From NCBI RefSeq assembly GCF_001194135.2, contig NC_068998.1, positions 40,820,127 to 40,884,126 of the forward strand: DNA of 64,000 bases, given 5' to 3'. Position numbers and translations under genes: made by a program. The stretch is from Octopus bimaculoides (taxonomy: Eukaryota). Positions 1-13,698 of the stretch are shown piece after piece; position 1 is the first letter of the stretch, and the number at the start of each line of letters is the position of its first letter. The notes beneath the pieces are model-generated. The model was not told where the DNA came from. It did not search any database and worked only from the letters and a program-made list of their open reading frames with translations.

Positions 1-3000
1 AAATTCACTCAGAAGGCACTGGTTAGCCTGGGGCTATAGTAGAAGACATTTGCTGTGCAGTAGGACTGAACTCGAAACAACAAGACTGTGAAGTAAACTA
101 ATTAACCACACAGGCATGCCTTTATGTGCATGTGTGCACGCACACACACCCAAAGCTTCCTATGTCAACTTGAAAGTTATCCATTTCAGAATTGCCTTCC
201 TTTAGTAAACAAGCACACAATACAAACAGGTTGGATGGCTTCAATGTCATACACAAAAGCAAGGCACTAAAGTTTGCTTCACTACTGTGTGGCTTCAGGT
301 TCAGTTCTATTGTGCATCATCTTGAGCAAGTGTGGTCTGATTGACAATCAGTGTAGGTTTGTTTATGTCCCAGTGACTTAGTAGTTTGGCAAAAAGAAAC
401 CAATAGAATAAGGACAAGAAAATTAAAACAAATACTGGCATTGATTTCATGAACTTAAGACCCTTCAACGTGGTGCCCCAGAAATGACTGCAGTCCAATA
501 ACTGAAACAAGTAAAAGAAATTTAAAAAAATTTCTTTAGTAATGTCAAATATTTTAGTTTCATCAAATTTGAATATATTAATGACTAAAGGACCGAAGGA
601 GAGATTCTTGTTAGACTCATGGTTAATTATGTAAAAAGATATGATGTAAGGTGGATAATTAGCTTAACCCTTGTACTTACAGGTGCTTGGAAGGGTGAAA
701 GGCAAAATGGCTTTAGAAGTTGAGAACAGTGTGGCAACAAATTGAGATAACCTTAGAAGCAAGTTTTACTTAGTTTAAAATATTTTGAACTGGTTCTTTA
801 TGCAATCTGGTTAAAAATTTTAAAAATTTCGATTACCATATCTAATGGCATGAAAGAATGCACCTTCAATTACAACAATGCATATTTATTTTAAGAAAAA
901 AAGTGTGTTAAACTATAATATTTAAAGCAGGTCCAGGGGTTGTTTTTGAGACTTAAAAAAAAAAAAGAAAGAAAAAACCTGTATCTTACTAGGCCATGAA
1001 ATATGGTAGTTTTTATTAAAACACTTTTTAAAAAAACTAATTTACAAGTCAGAAATATAAGGAGTATATCCACTGAAAATTGAATCTTGGTATATTATAT
1101 ACATAATTTGTCAATAAAATCACAAATTAAAATGTGAAGGCGATTCAAAATCAGCCTCAGTGGGATTTGAAACTTAGTAAGGGAAGTTAGCAAAACCAGT
1201 ACTAATTATCTCCAGATAAAATTCAATTATCTCAGTCACCACCGCTGATCTAATTTTCCATGTTAATATTTGCAGAAAAGTTAAGTCTATTAAAGTCCAC
1301 CAGATGTTGAATGGGAGAAAATTAGATGAAACTGTGATTAAGATGTCATGGAAACAAACAGAACCTTCGTATATAACTAATTAGAACTTTTATAGCAATT
1401 TAAAAGCTACAATAAATTTAATGTGAATGTAAAACCTTGCTTGGTACTTTTAAATGACAGACATGTTGAAGTTTTTAGATTTGTATAGCCCAGCTAGTAG
1501 TTTGTACTGACTACATTAATGTAAACCATTCTCAAAATCAAGAGACTGCTAATGATTGACTGAATGAATTGAATAATCTAATTTTCAAACTCAAATGCAT
1601 ATATCTGCACCAAAACCACCCTAGTAAATTTCAAAGCAAGGAAGATAGAAGTGGATTGTTTTATTCTTAACAACTTGAACACTGAACATTATTGTAGTTT
1701 CTAACCAATGCAGATTTCCCTGAACCCAGATACAAGGTCAGTTTTTACAGAGGGGATGGAGAATGTATTTCATTGAATGTTGGAGCTTATTTAGTGACCC
1801 CAGAATAATAAAATGTTAGGATGACTCCAGAGAAATTTGAACTCAAAGCTAAAAAAAGAGACTAAATATCATTAAATCATACAGTTTGGCAATCAACCAG
1901 TTCTTGATTTGTAATAAATTCAGTGATTTGCTACATTTATCATTGCAATAAAAGTCTAGATGTACATCATTGTTCTACCTGTTAGAAATCACAACTTTGG
2001 CAAGTATATGTAATGAAGTTTACATTTTGCTGAAGAAGTGCAATAAGACTGAAACATAACCAGAGTTGTCTCCTATACTTGCCAAAATGATTAAAACTAC
2101 AATAGTTATTGAAGTTTTGAGTACTCTCCTCTACTTCAAAAATATGTTGTGTGTTTCAATTAATTTTTGACTTTCTCATAATAGATGGTTTAAACAGTTA
2201 CTAGGTCTGCTAGAAATAACAATCAAACCTCTATCAAATCACACCCTACTGTTTTAATTAGATCATGTAATCGTAGATAGTCATAACAAGATGGAACAGT
2301 CATGACTGGAATGTCCTCAACCATAGTATAGACTTGGGGCTAAAAGACACCAACGATGACACTATATCCATTTGGTAACAAATGCTGTTAAGTGGTACAA
2401 ACAATAATTTTGAGTTGTTTAAAATCTAAAGGAACAAAATTCAAGCAAACCAGACAAATTGACAAAATAATGGAGGGAATAGTGCAGGTAGCTATAGAAA
2501 TTAAATGTTGTGTGGTATTTAGTATGGTGCTTCAGTGTTCTGAGTTTAAATCCAACCAGTATAGGAACTCCACATTTCAGATAGAATAATGTCTCAAAAG
2601 ATAACATGAACTGAAATAGGGCCACCTTCACAACTGAAGACTATATAACAAGAAGGGATTAGTTGATTAAATTGACCCCAGTACCTGACTGGTACTAGAA
2701 CAGTTTCCAAAGTGATCACCATGAAAAAACAGTGAATGACAAGTTTTTTTTCAAAATCCTTAAAAATATAAGTAATAATGAAAATTCTTGAAGTTGTATG
2801 TAAATTCTAGTATGTAGTGAAACTTAGAGGAGGAGGGTATGTTATCAAAATAAGTTTGGAGTAATAAAAATTATTTTACAAGAGAAGGGGAGAGAGGAAA
2901 CATAATGAAGAAATTAAAATACAGGTACCGATGTAAGGGATGAAAAATACTGGGAGTGAAGTTTTAGAGCAGTTTCCCAAAGTGGCCTCCGTGACAAAGT

Positions 3001-4003
3001 TTTGGGTACCAATAACATAAAGTGGCTTTTAATAAAATCTAAATATAAGTTTAGATTGTAAAAATAGTGGTATTCACCATATTTTAAGTAATAAGTTTTG
3101 CTTCAGTTAATTTAAAAAATAATCAGGAATGTAGTAAAACAACTTTGCTGTTATTAAGCTTGTATTTGGAACAAGATATTTGAATTATAGAACTAAGTAC
3201 AGTCTTGGGTGGGTTGGTTTCAAAAGGGCTGACAAATGAAAGAATAATTCCACAACATACATAAAGAACAGTTTTTTCCTAAGGTCCCATATAATGTAGC
3301 AAAGTTAAATGAATGCTGTAAAGTAAAAAATATAATGTACTCAGTAATTCATATAACTCAGTTTCAAATTATTACACTACATCAATGATTTCACCACTAT
3401 GTTTTGGGAAAGCCATGAATATCAGTCTCGTTACTACTTATCTACCATCTAAAGACTTATGTGGAAAAAAAATAAAAAGGTTTATGAATGTTTATTGACC
3501 AGCCTGATATTCTTAAACAAATTTCAAACTTACTTTCATGAAATCACACTCAATCATATCCTTTTAACAAAACGGAATAACATATTGAATAATACTGTTA
3601 TATGTACGACAGAGTATATAGATTTAAGTCAATGTGTAATAGATAGATGTAAATATTGCCTTGATATACAATGTCTTTGAAACAAAACACTATAATTCAT
3701 ACCAATAATTTACTAATCCAAGTAACTACTAGGAATACATTAAAATATGCAAATTAGTCTATCCAATTTACTTGAGCCATTAATAATAATGGGTTTATAA
3801 GCAATATTTCTGTGGACAGTTAAAGAGGGTACTTGCTTGTTGATGAAAACTCAAACAAATCCTTTCAGATTACACTGTCAAATGTAATGTTGATTTATTC
3901 CCATTGTTTTGAATTAATTCATGCCATTGTCTTGTATTATTCTATATTTTAGAGATGAGGAATTCTGTACATTATTTACATTGGACGGATATGTGTCCTC
4001 ATC

Positions 4004-4180
4004 TTGTTTGTTGTTACCACATTTCGGCTGATTTACTCTCCAGCCTTATCAAGTGTCCTGATAGAATTTTGAACCCAAACCTTAGGAACGAGAACCCAGG
4101 GTTGAGTTCAAAATTCTATCAGGACACCTGATGAAGGCTGGAGAGTAAGTCAGTTGAAACGCTGTGGTAACAACAAACAA
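4004..4180. mobile_element. Fold-back element (~75 bp arms, ~20 nt spacer) with hammerhead motif; Penelope-like repeat
   Basis: TTGTTTGTTGTTACCAC...CTCTCCAGCCTT...GTGTCCTGATAGAATTTTGAAC (4004-4073) mirrors GTTCAAAATTCTATCAGGACAC...AAGGCTGGAGAG...GTGGTAACAACAAACAA (4106-4180). Confidence 0.75.
4125..4166 (+). ncRNA. Minimal hammerhead ribozyme motif (likely inactivated)
   Basis: CAC-CTGATGA(4128-34)-A-GGCTG-GAGAGTAAGT-CAGTT-GAAAC-GCT-GTG. Helix I is CAC/GTG and helix II is GGCTG/CAGTT (CAGCC in the other arm). The position expected to be the NUH triplet reads GCT. Confidence 0.55.
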
Positions 4181-5766
4181 CAAACTCTGTAAAGATGGGA
4201 TAACCAAAGCAAGAAGGCTTTTCATCGTAGGTTGGTTTGGTTGGGGCTAAACTGGGACTACTACAACAAAAACAAATAGGGTTTTTAATTACTCACTCCC
4301 CACTCTTTCTGCTTTAGTTTATTGACTAACATTCCTTATTACAAATACATCACCTTTTTTTAAAGCACCTTAAAGTTCACCTACCTTTCTTCACATAATT
4401 AAATTCAACATTAAGTATATGTTCTGCAAGTGTGAAGTTAAAAAGTGGGGTTGGGAATTGATTACATGGTTATGAGAAAGAGCCAAGAACAGATCACATG
4501 CATTCTCCAACTAGCAACTCAAAAACAGGTACCATTTCTATCTAATTTTCTGGGAGCAATTATTGAGAGGAATCGAGAATCTGGACTGTGTAAACGCCAC
4601 TTTTCATATAACCCAGGTACCATATCCATTAAATGGTCATTAATAAAAGATAGTGTCTTGCTGTAAAAATCTCGTTATCATTACCACAAAGTTCAATATC
4701 ATGTCTTTGAACTTTATTGTATTGTTTTCTTTGTAATGAGATACAGTTTTGTTTGCCTTTAAATGCCAACTTGAAAACAGGCACCATTCATATCTAAATT
4801 TCTCCAAGTAGCTTTGAGAAGTTTTAGGACCTTGAGCTTAGAATGCCGTATTTTAAAATAGTCAATAGTCTAATTGTGGAAACTTTAATTGTATTAACAT
4901 TACCACAACACTGAAAACTATGTCTTTGTCTTTGATCCTGTAGTATTTAACCTTCTTAATCTTTAGGCTTTTCTTGAATTAAAATTAGGTTTCCTAAAAT
5001 AAAAAGAGAATCACTTTCCTGACTCCTGAAAAATATGGAGATGTAAGCGAGATGTCTACGGTCTGAATGAAGATTGTGAAACCAAAAGCTCCAAAAATTC
5101 ATTCAGAGTCAAATTTTTCCACTTCAACAAATATCTTATATTGATATTTAGTGATTTTTTTCAATATTTGCAAATTACCCGAAAATTTCCATCCAACCTG
5201 AGTGTGTGTGTGTGTGTGTGTGTCTGCATGTGTAGATATACCATTACAAGAACCACATATGTGATAATTATATATAATTCTGAACATTTGGATATGGCAT
5301 GAATATATGAAAGCCCATATCTGTCATACACAAGTTAATATGACTTGACAGCATGTACTGTCTTTACTAATTGTTGTAAGTGCTTATATTATGGCAAACA
5401 GCTATAGAAAGGGGAGGCTGCTGCAAGTACTTGGCTGGTACACATTTTCAGATAAATAAACCAGAGCAATGCTAAATGAAATATCTTGCCCAAGGACACT
5501 ACATGGCCCAGGAAGTGAACACACAGCTTTATAATTCTTTTCACTATGATTATATATTTTATGCATAAATATGTGAGGTATGCACGTTTGTTCTGTTAAC
5601 ACTATGCAACCAATGATTGCATTAGACATCAATGTTTCAAGCAAGCCATAAACTAATTTGGTAAGATAGATAGGGACTGATTTCATCCACAGAACTATAT
5701 GATAAAAGTATGACATTAATGATGCTATCATGAAAGATATTATTATTATTATTATTATTAATATTA

Positions 5767-6420
5767 AGGTGGTGAGCTGGCAGAACTGTTAGCGTGCTGG
5801 GTGAAATGCTTAGCAGCATTTCGTCCGTCTTCAGGTTCTGAGTTTAAATTCAGCCAAGGTTGATTTTTGCCTTTCATCCTTTTGGGGTCAATAAATTAAG
5901 AATCAGTGAAACACTGGGGTCAATGTAATTGACTAGCCCTCTCCTGCCAAATTTCAGGCTTTGTGCCTTTAATAGAAAAGATTATTATTATTACTATTAT
6001 TAAAGTGGTGAGCTAGCAGAATCATTAGCATGCTGGGCAAAATGCTAAGTGGCATTTCGTCTATTCTTATGTTCTCAGTTCAAATTCTGCCAAGACTGAC
6101 ATTGTCATTTATCCTTTCAGGATGAATAAAATAAGTACCAGTTGAGTACTGGTGGCAATATAATCGACTAGTACCCCCAGCTCTGCAACAAAATTCCAGG
6201 CCTTGTGCCTATAGTAGAAAGAAGAAGAAATCATCATCATCATCATCATCAAAGAGGTGGATGGCAGAACTGGCAGAGTGCTTGAACAACATGAAATGCT
6301 TTACAGTATTTAGTCACAACTCTAGTTTCTCAAATGTGTTTTTTTATGTTATCAACTCCTTTCAATGTTGATGAAATAAAAGTACCAATCAAGTTACAAG
6401 GCTGATTTAATTATCAAAAC
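5767..6420 (+). mobile_element. Three tandem copies of SINE family B separated by (ATT)n/(CAT)n
   Basis: The unit AAGGTGGTGAGCTGGCAGAA...GTTCTGAGTTTAAATTC...AAGTACCAGT...GGCCTTGTGCC starts at ~5767, ~6002 and ~6252. Other family-B copies: 21385-21570, 23060-23370, 37990-38165(-), 44110-44250, 55420-55600(-), 60990-61160(-). Confidence 0.75.
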
Positions 6421-7439
6421 ATTCGAATGAAGATATTTGTAGCTTTATGTGAATCTTAGAAATTGATTTTTAATTTATTGAACTTGCATTGTCCAGCCTG
6501 CATGAGATCTATTTATTTGTTACCTGCAGTTACACCTTCAGAATGCTTAACATTGTATATATCAGGCTGTGTAGGGTGGTGGTGGATAACAGTATTGTTC
6601 TCTATCCAGAAATGTCATTCACTATTTCTTTTATTTTCCCTCAATTCTAGGTTGGCCTTGATTGGGTGAATCTGCAACGAAAACTATTCCAGCCTTGACT
6701 ATCCCCTCATTCACTTGAACAGTATGTATATCTGGAACTCCATATTCCAATGTGTCCCACCTTTTTTAAAAATCATAGGGTGTAATTCCATAGAATTTTG
6801 GTAGCTATTTCTAGCAAGGAGCAACCATCTAGAATCTCTCTGCAAATCTGTTTTACATCCCATTTAATACCTAGTTTTTGCTAAAACAAAACCTGGAATT
6901 TACTTTATATCACATATAAAGCATTTAATATATAGTTGACAAGTATAATCCTGTATGTAAAAGTGAAGACAATGAAATATCTTTCCCTTATGTTGTTAGA
7001 TGTTCTTGTTGTCATCGTCATCATCATTTAACACCCGTCTTCCCTGTTGGTATGGATTGTATGGTTTGGTAGGAGCTGGTAAGCTGGAGAGCAGCACCAG
7101 GCTCCATTGTCTGCTTTGACACAGTTTCTATGGCTGGATGCTCTTCCTAATGCCAACCACTTCTATATAATTACTGTAGGCTTGAAAAGGAATGCAATTT
7201 TGTTATCTATACACATTATTTTAGCCTTTAGTGTGTAGAAATGATTGCGGAGTGGGGTTTGCACAAATTTTATCAACATTTGTATAGTATCTATCAACTC
7301 TAGCATTAAATTTATATTTTGTCAGACTGAAGCAGATTTTGTATTTATTTGCAATTTCAATATGAAATATACCTATATATATATATTAAGAGCACCACAA
7401 TCATCATGTTTTAATTAACATACAGGTTATGAAAGTTAT

Positions 7440-8700
7440 GGTAAGAATTATAGGACAATTAGGAACAAAATTACCTTTAAACAAGATGCAGGTTGGCTCT
7501 GAGCCAGGAAGAGACTCAACTGATACCATCTTAGTAAAATAACTCCTGGTTACGAGTAAGACTTTATACTTAGTATCTGTTGAAATAATGTGTGTGACAG
7601 AGTTCCAAACTGTGTAGTTAAGGGACTGCCCAGGAAACAAGGGTTAGATGAATGGCGTGTGAAGGTAGAAAAAGCCATGTATAGGTTATGTCAACAAAGT
7701 GAAAGCCAGCAATAAGTTCAGTGATGAATTTAGCCTACAGGTAGGGTCCATAAGAAAGGAATTTAAAACTGGCTAAACATGGGAATTCTTGTATGCTGAT
7801 GACTGAATTGCAAATGCTGAATCTAAAGAAGAATTAAAAACCAAATTCCAGACAAAACCTAGAAATGTCAGGCCTCAAAGCAAACTTAGCAAAGAACACA
7901 GTACTCTGCTACCATCAGAGAAAAGGAATAGGTAGAAATTTCATATGTTGTACCCAGTATAGGCTACTAATACACTAGATGTAAGCATTAGTCATGCAGG
8001 CTGTATGTAGGAGATGCACAGCAATAGTTAGCAGTAACAGTAGACATGAAATAAATCCATTCAAATACTTAGATGGCTTACTGAAACTGGTTGATCACTT
8101 TTGCTTCCAAGGTGACGTAATTCCTAGATGGAGGTGGGTGTTCCAAAGCATAGAAACCAGATTAACAAGAGGATGGAAAAGTTTAGGGAGCTGTTAACCT
8201 CTGTTGGTAACAAAGGGCTTGTTTCTCAGAATAGAGAGGAGATTGTGTGACGTTTGCATACAAGGTGTGAGGCAGTATGGTAGTATGATGTGGACCTTGA
8301 ATGCAAGAGAGTTGCAATGACTAGAAAGAAATGAAGCAAGCACGTACCTCTGGATTTATGTTAGGATGCAGGAATGATGGAGTACAAATGAATTGAGAGA
8401 AAAAGCTGGATGCAAGAGCAATCAGATATAGTGCGGAAGAGAGAAGACTGTGATGGTGCAAGCATGTGTTGTGTATGGAAGATGTCAATTGTATAAATAA
8501 GTGTTGAGCATTTGAAGTGGATGCAAATTTTAGGGGATAGACCCAGGTAGATATGGAACAATCAAGTGGTGAAAAGTGATTTCAAGAGGTTGAGCTTTAT
8601 GAAGGCAATGACAGAGAAGCACAAGCGGTGACATGTGGCACTGTTGCACACAATATCCAAGTTAAACTTCTGTATCCCTCTCAGATGTCATTAATTGAAT
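7440..8700 (+). mobile_element. Degraded RTE-clade LINE reverse transcriptase and C-terminal region
   Basis: Plus-strand remnants: QVGSEPGRDSTDTI (consensus QFGFxPGRGTTDAI), KAMYR, WEFLYADD at ~7780-7803, DHFCFQGD...RGWKSLG (FCYLGD...GWKKFREL) and a YGSxxW-like motif. Many stops and frameshifts. Confidence 0.85.
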
Positions 8701-11700
8701 ATATTGAGAGAGAGAGGACATATACATGTAAGACCCTGGGAAACTAAAATGCTTAGGGTTAACTTGTAAATACCTGGGAGATACATGACAGGAGAAAAAA
8801 ATAAAAATCCTATTTCCCCTAGTTCTAATTCGAGTAAAAGAAAAAAAACAAAAAAAAAAAAAAACTATTTAGAAAGCTTGGTCAAGATGGATAAAGTCAG
8901 TAAACTGAATCATTGACACAATGGTGTTTCATTAAAGACAAGTCCGAAATGTGGGCTTGATAAGAGACAGGAATGAACAATTACTGATTGTTAATATAGT
9001 CATATATTATGGAACAACAGTGACTAAATTATTACACAACTATAAATTTATGGCCTTGTGCCAAATGTAAGAAATAATTTATATTATTGTAGGTTGTAGT
9101 AAGTTCTGATAAAACAGACCAAGCAAGAGTCAATGGCATCCTAGCTATGATCATCCTATAGTCTTTTAAAATTTGTCCTTCCTTGGCTTGTGGAGACCTC
9201 ACGCTTGCAGCATGTTCATATTCACATTGAGGATTTGTTGTCAAACTATATGGTCATTATAGTTTAATAATGAAGATGAGCTAGGAAAGAATTAATAGAT
9301 CTAACTGTCAAGAGGAATGCAGAACAAGCAAATCCAAAGGCCCAATTGTTTCAACAATGATAACAATATATTAAATTATCATGTATTTCATTTAGATTTA
9401 TTTTCTTGATCCCAAAAGAAAGGAAAAATCTCATAGATGTGAAAATCAAATTGTACAAGCTACAATTTTTGGTTAGAAATCGTTTGGCATACAACTTTAC
9501 TCTTCATAATGTAACACAGATAGGCACTTGAGTATTTAAATTAAGGACTTAGTTGAAAGAGCTGCAATGCATTTAGTAAAAAATCCCATGAATGAACAAT
9601 ATGAGATGTCTTGCAGTCTTACAACACCAGCAGCAAGACACATGTGATCTGAGTCAAGAGGATGTTTAAAGAATGTAGGGTGTCATGAGAAAAGAATGGA
9701 AGCGGAGGGTGGTGTGAAGGGTGGGGGGTGAAGAAGTTAGGTAAAGGTGTCTGCAACCAGTTTGGAGCCAGAGTATTTATAATTAAGTCTTGTAACGTAG
9801 GGTGTATGCAGATGATTGAATCACTTTATTATTGTAAAGCTGCTACTTATTTTATCAACCATGGAGGAATGAATGCCAAACCTACCTATACCTATGAGGG
9901 TGGCGGTGGTGGTGGAGGAGGAGGTGGAAGTGGGAAGGAGACAGACAGGCAGAAGTCAGGGTTTGAAATTAGAACAGTGAGACACAAAATCTGATACTTC
10001 AAAAGCATCTTCACTGCCATCACCATCCAAAGGGAAGGATGATCATCATGAAGAAATGAAGGTATCTGAATATCTCTAACTTCTTTCCTGATTATACAGA
10101 GTACATATGCTCTGAGTTATCTAATTAATCCCAAATTACTTGTTTATCTTTTAATATTTATAAATCACTTGTTCACTTTTACGCCCATTTTTCCATGCTA
10201 GTATGGGTTAAATGAATATATTATCCAAGCAATTTTTTACAGTTTGAAGCCTTTCCTGTTGTTAATCCTTATTTGTTTTACAAGTAAGGAATCCATTATT
10301 CCACATATCTTGGAATGTGCAAAGCCGGTAGATGATTTCTTGACAGGGGGAAACAACAGCAGTATCACTGTTTGTAACTCAGCAATATTCAGAGAAGCAC
10401 AAAAGTAAACAAATACACATGTGCATGCATGCATGTACACATGTACAGACGATGGACTTTCCACCTATCAAATCCACTCACAAGACTTTTGTTGGCCCAG
10501 GGCTATAAAAGGAACGCACCTACTCAAGGAGTTGAATAATGGGACTGGACCTGAAACCATGTGGTTGAGAAATGAACTTTTTAACCACACAGTCATGGCT
10601 GTAGCTCTGGTAATACCTGCATATGATTAAGCATGTGCATGCGCACGACACATGCATACATATTATATGAGTTCTACCCATTTGGTAAGAGACCTGACCT
10701 GAGATCATGTGGTGAAATGGAAAGATTTTGCATCATCAATGTGTCACGACAAACTGTTTAGCTTACACATAGTTTCTGTTGTATCCTTTTTCATTTTATT
10801 CTCTAATAGTTTTTATGTGTTAGAAAACTGTTGAACATAGGACTATCAGTGACCAGGTTGTAACTGTACAATGGAAATGCTTTGGTATTTAATATACAAT
10901 ATTATTACAAAATAGAACACAAGTGGATATAATAGTATATGCCCGTTTTAAATGACAACCATGATGCAATTGTCACGCACACACACACACAATGTACAAA
11001 GTCAGTGATTTATTCTATAGCTATTTAGTGCTGGACTGGTACTCATTTTACTGACCCTGAAAGTATGAAAGGCAAAGTTGAACTTTGCAGATTTGAACTT
11101 AGAATGTAATAATAAAAAAATGCCAGTTAAATTCTGAGAAAGAGTTTAATTCCACTACAAAACTATAATTTCTTTTGTTTCTATAATGGCCCCATGTTCC
11201 TCAGAGATGACTGATTTTGTACTTTCATCACCAAGACATTCCTGACCTAACTGGTCTCTAGACCTCCCACAGGCCTTATTGTATCCAACCCTTCCTGGCC
11301 CTACACAATGCCACAACATTTTCCTTTTAACAGCACTAATCAAGCTCACTGGTCTCAAAGGACCTCTAGAGACCATGAGCGCTTTCTTCTTCTTCAGACT
11401 CAAGAAAAAAACAAACCCTACAATAACGTTTATCACCATTTAACATCCACTATTAAATGCATACATTAGCTGGATAGAATGTTGATGTAGACTTTTCTAC
11501 AGCTAAGATGTCTTTCTCCTCTAACAAATCTATTTTTGAACTATAATTTCTATGAATGAAGGTTACAGGTGATGGATTGTTTCAATCAGTCAGGTTCACA
11601 ATCTATTACTATCACTGTGAAGTCCCTGGCAATGACACTCAAATCAGACCTGTACAATCCACTCAGCTGTAAATAGGTCCCAAGTAGAAGCACAGCCCAG

Positions 11701-12346
11701 CTTGCAGATTGTAAGCAGCAGGTGCACTGCATACTTGAGAAGTGTTTAATTCATTAACTGACTATAATGACTTGGAAACCCTCCCATGAGTATAGAGAAA
11801 AAAAGAAAAGAAAAAATTGGGTGGTAGAGGTGTATGTACAGCAAAAAGAGATTTATGTCAACTACTTAACATTGTGAAAGATGGAATAATCTACAGCTCA
11901 CCTCTCAACTCTTTTAATATAGCATCCTTATAGGGCCCCTATAATATCTTCTAAAATATATCAGTTACAATTCTACTAAATCAGATGGGGAAGATGGAGA
12001 AGCAAAAGTTATCAAAACAACAAAGTCTGTCAGATTTATATCTTAACTTTCCTACTACTCTGTACGAGACAGTTCACTGTAGTTTGTGTGTGTATTTGGG
12101 TGTATACAAACATATACACATACACCTTGTTACTCCACTATAGTAATCTAATTTAAATCTAACCAATCACATCAGTCAGCTGTCCAAACATGCGTTAACA
12201 GTCCAGCCACACATACAGTGCCTTTTATATCACCACAATTGATTAATGAGAATCTTTCCCACACAGCTAACCACTATGAAGATAACTAACTGAAGCAACT
12301 TTTATGTAATTTGCTATTACATTGTATTTGCTGGTGAGCACATTGT

Positions 12347-12361
12347 GTGAGAGAGAGAGAG

Positions 12362-12394
<33 letters not shown>

Positions 12395-12438
12395 NNNNNN
12401 NNNNNNNNNNNNNNNNNNNNNNNNNNNNNNNNNNNNNN

Positions 12439-12490
<52 letters not shown>
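12347..12490. repeat. (GA)n microsatellite spanning an N gap (12395-12438)
   Basis: Direct reading. Confidence 0.95.
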
Positions 12491-12493
<3 letters not shown>

Positions 12494-12877
12494 TAGGTTA
12501 TCAAATCTAATATTGCCCATTTCATATAGTTCATGTGTGATTTGACATATCCATCAAGAGATATTCAAATCTATTGATTGGGGAAAGGACATTAGCAATA
12601 TGTGAATCTGGGTCACTTGCTTCACGGAAGCCATAACATAAATGATAATACCTTTTTGTTTTGTACACAGTCCCACATATTTATTGTGGTTACGATTGTT
12701 CTTTAACTGTTTTCAGATAAAGTACATCTAAGAAGACATTGTTCAATGTTACTTTCTTTTCCTTTCAAGACAGCAGAGTACTACGTGAAGATATCGAGCT
12801 GCTATTTTTACAGGCTAACTGACCACACAGTTGGTCTATAGCATGTACCTCATCACTAGGACCATGCAGCGTGTGAT

Positions 12878-12912
<35 letters not shown>

Positions 12913-13318
12913 GGGCGCAATCGTGGCTGTGTGGTAAGAAGCTTGCTTCCTAACCACATGGTTCCAGGTTCAGTCCCACTGCATGGCACCTTGGGCAAGT
13001 GTCTTCTACTTTAGCCTCAGGCTGACCAAAGCCTTGTGAGTGGATTTGGTGGACAGAAACTGAAAGCCTGTTGTATATATATATATATATATGTGTATTA
13101 TATCTGTATGTGTCTGTATTTGTTCTCCCATCACCACTTCACAACCAGTACTGTTGTGTTTACGTTCCCGTAGCTTAGCGGTTCAGCAAAAAAGACTGAT
13201 AGAATAAGTACTAGGCTTACAAAGAATAAGCCCTGGGGTTGATTTGTTCAACTAAAACCCTCCAAGGTGCTGCTCCAGCATAACCACAGTCCTATGACTG
13301 AAACAAGAGTAAAAGAAT
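12913..13318 (+). mobile_element. Near full-length tRNA-derived SINE (family A)
   Basis: Head GGCGCAATCGTGGCTGTGTGGTAAGAAGCTTGCTTCCTAACCACATGGTTCCAGGTTCAGTCCC has A/B-box-like motifs, followed by an internal (TA)n and the tail GACTGAAACAAGAGTAAAAG. Related copies: 1-120(-), 282-519, 10460-10610(-), 17060-17215(-), 21050-21130, 34380-34510, 38760-39070, 40220-40440, 55940-56090(-), 59005-59140. Confidence 0.85.
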
Positions 13319-13698
13319 ATATATGCACACACACACACACACACACATACTACGATCTAAGTTTTTTTCCATTGTAGAAAAGGGACCAGTGACCTACGAT
13401 CAAAGTAATTCAAGTGCTAATAAAAATATTGAATCAATGGGGGAAATCTTCAAGTGGTCACATCATCTACTAGCAATAGCAGCAAAATCTCCCTCAAACC
13501 ACAACATACTGTCTTAAAAATAAAGGACAAACCTGACAGTGTAGTTCTATATATACTGTACTTGGAAAATAGACAAGATTGTAACAACTAAAATCTCCTT
13601 GAACACAGGTCTGCTTGTTTAGAGTTGGCCTATTGGCTAAACAGCATCCTATTGGTTGAGGGCAGGAAATAGTGCCTAATTAGTGAACACTTACTTAC

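Noticed and set aside
4533-4660. KTLSFINDHLMD resembling semaphorin TLxFIKxHPLMD
   Set aside because: The conserved HPLM is broken, downstream residues do not match a Sema domain, and the donor (GTACCT) is weak.
6649-6696. Plus-strand acceptor followed by VGLDWVNLQRKLFQP*
   Set aside because: Isolated, opposite to the local strand skew, and no recognised homology.
9728-9994. 88-aa ORF with poly-Gly (poly-Pro on the opposite strand)
   Set aside because: Produced by a (GGT/GGA)n low-complexity tract. No splice or homology support.
10243-10405. Open frame LKPFLLLILICFTSKESIIPHILECAKPVDDFL...
   Set aside because: PHILEC loosely resembles the CR1/L2 RPHLEY motif, so it is more likely a LINE remnant. 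Too weak to call either way.
12913-12985. tRNA-like A/B boxes in SINE heads (many copies)
   Set aside because: No complete cloverleaf or acceptor stem. Each is followed by SINE body sequence, so these are not tRNA genes.
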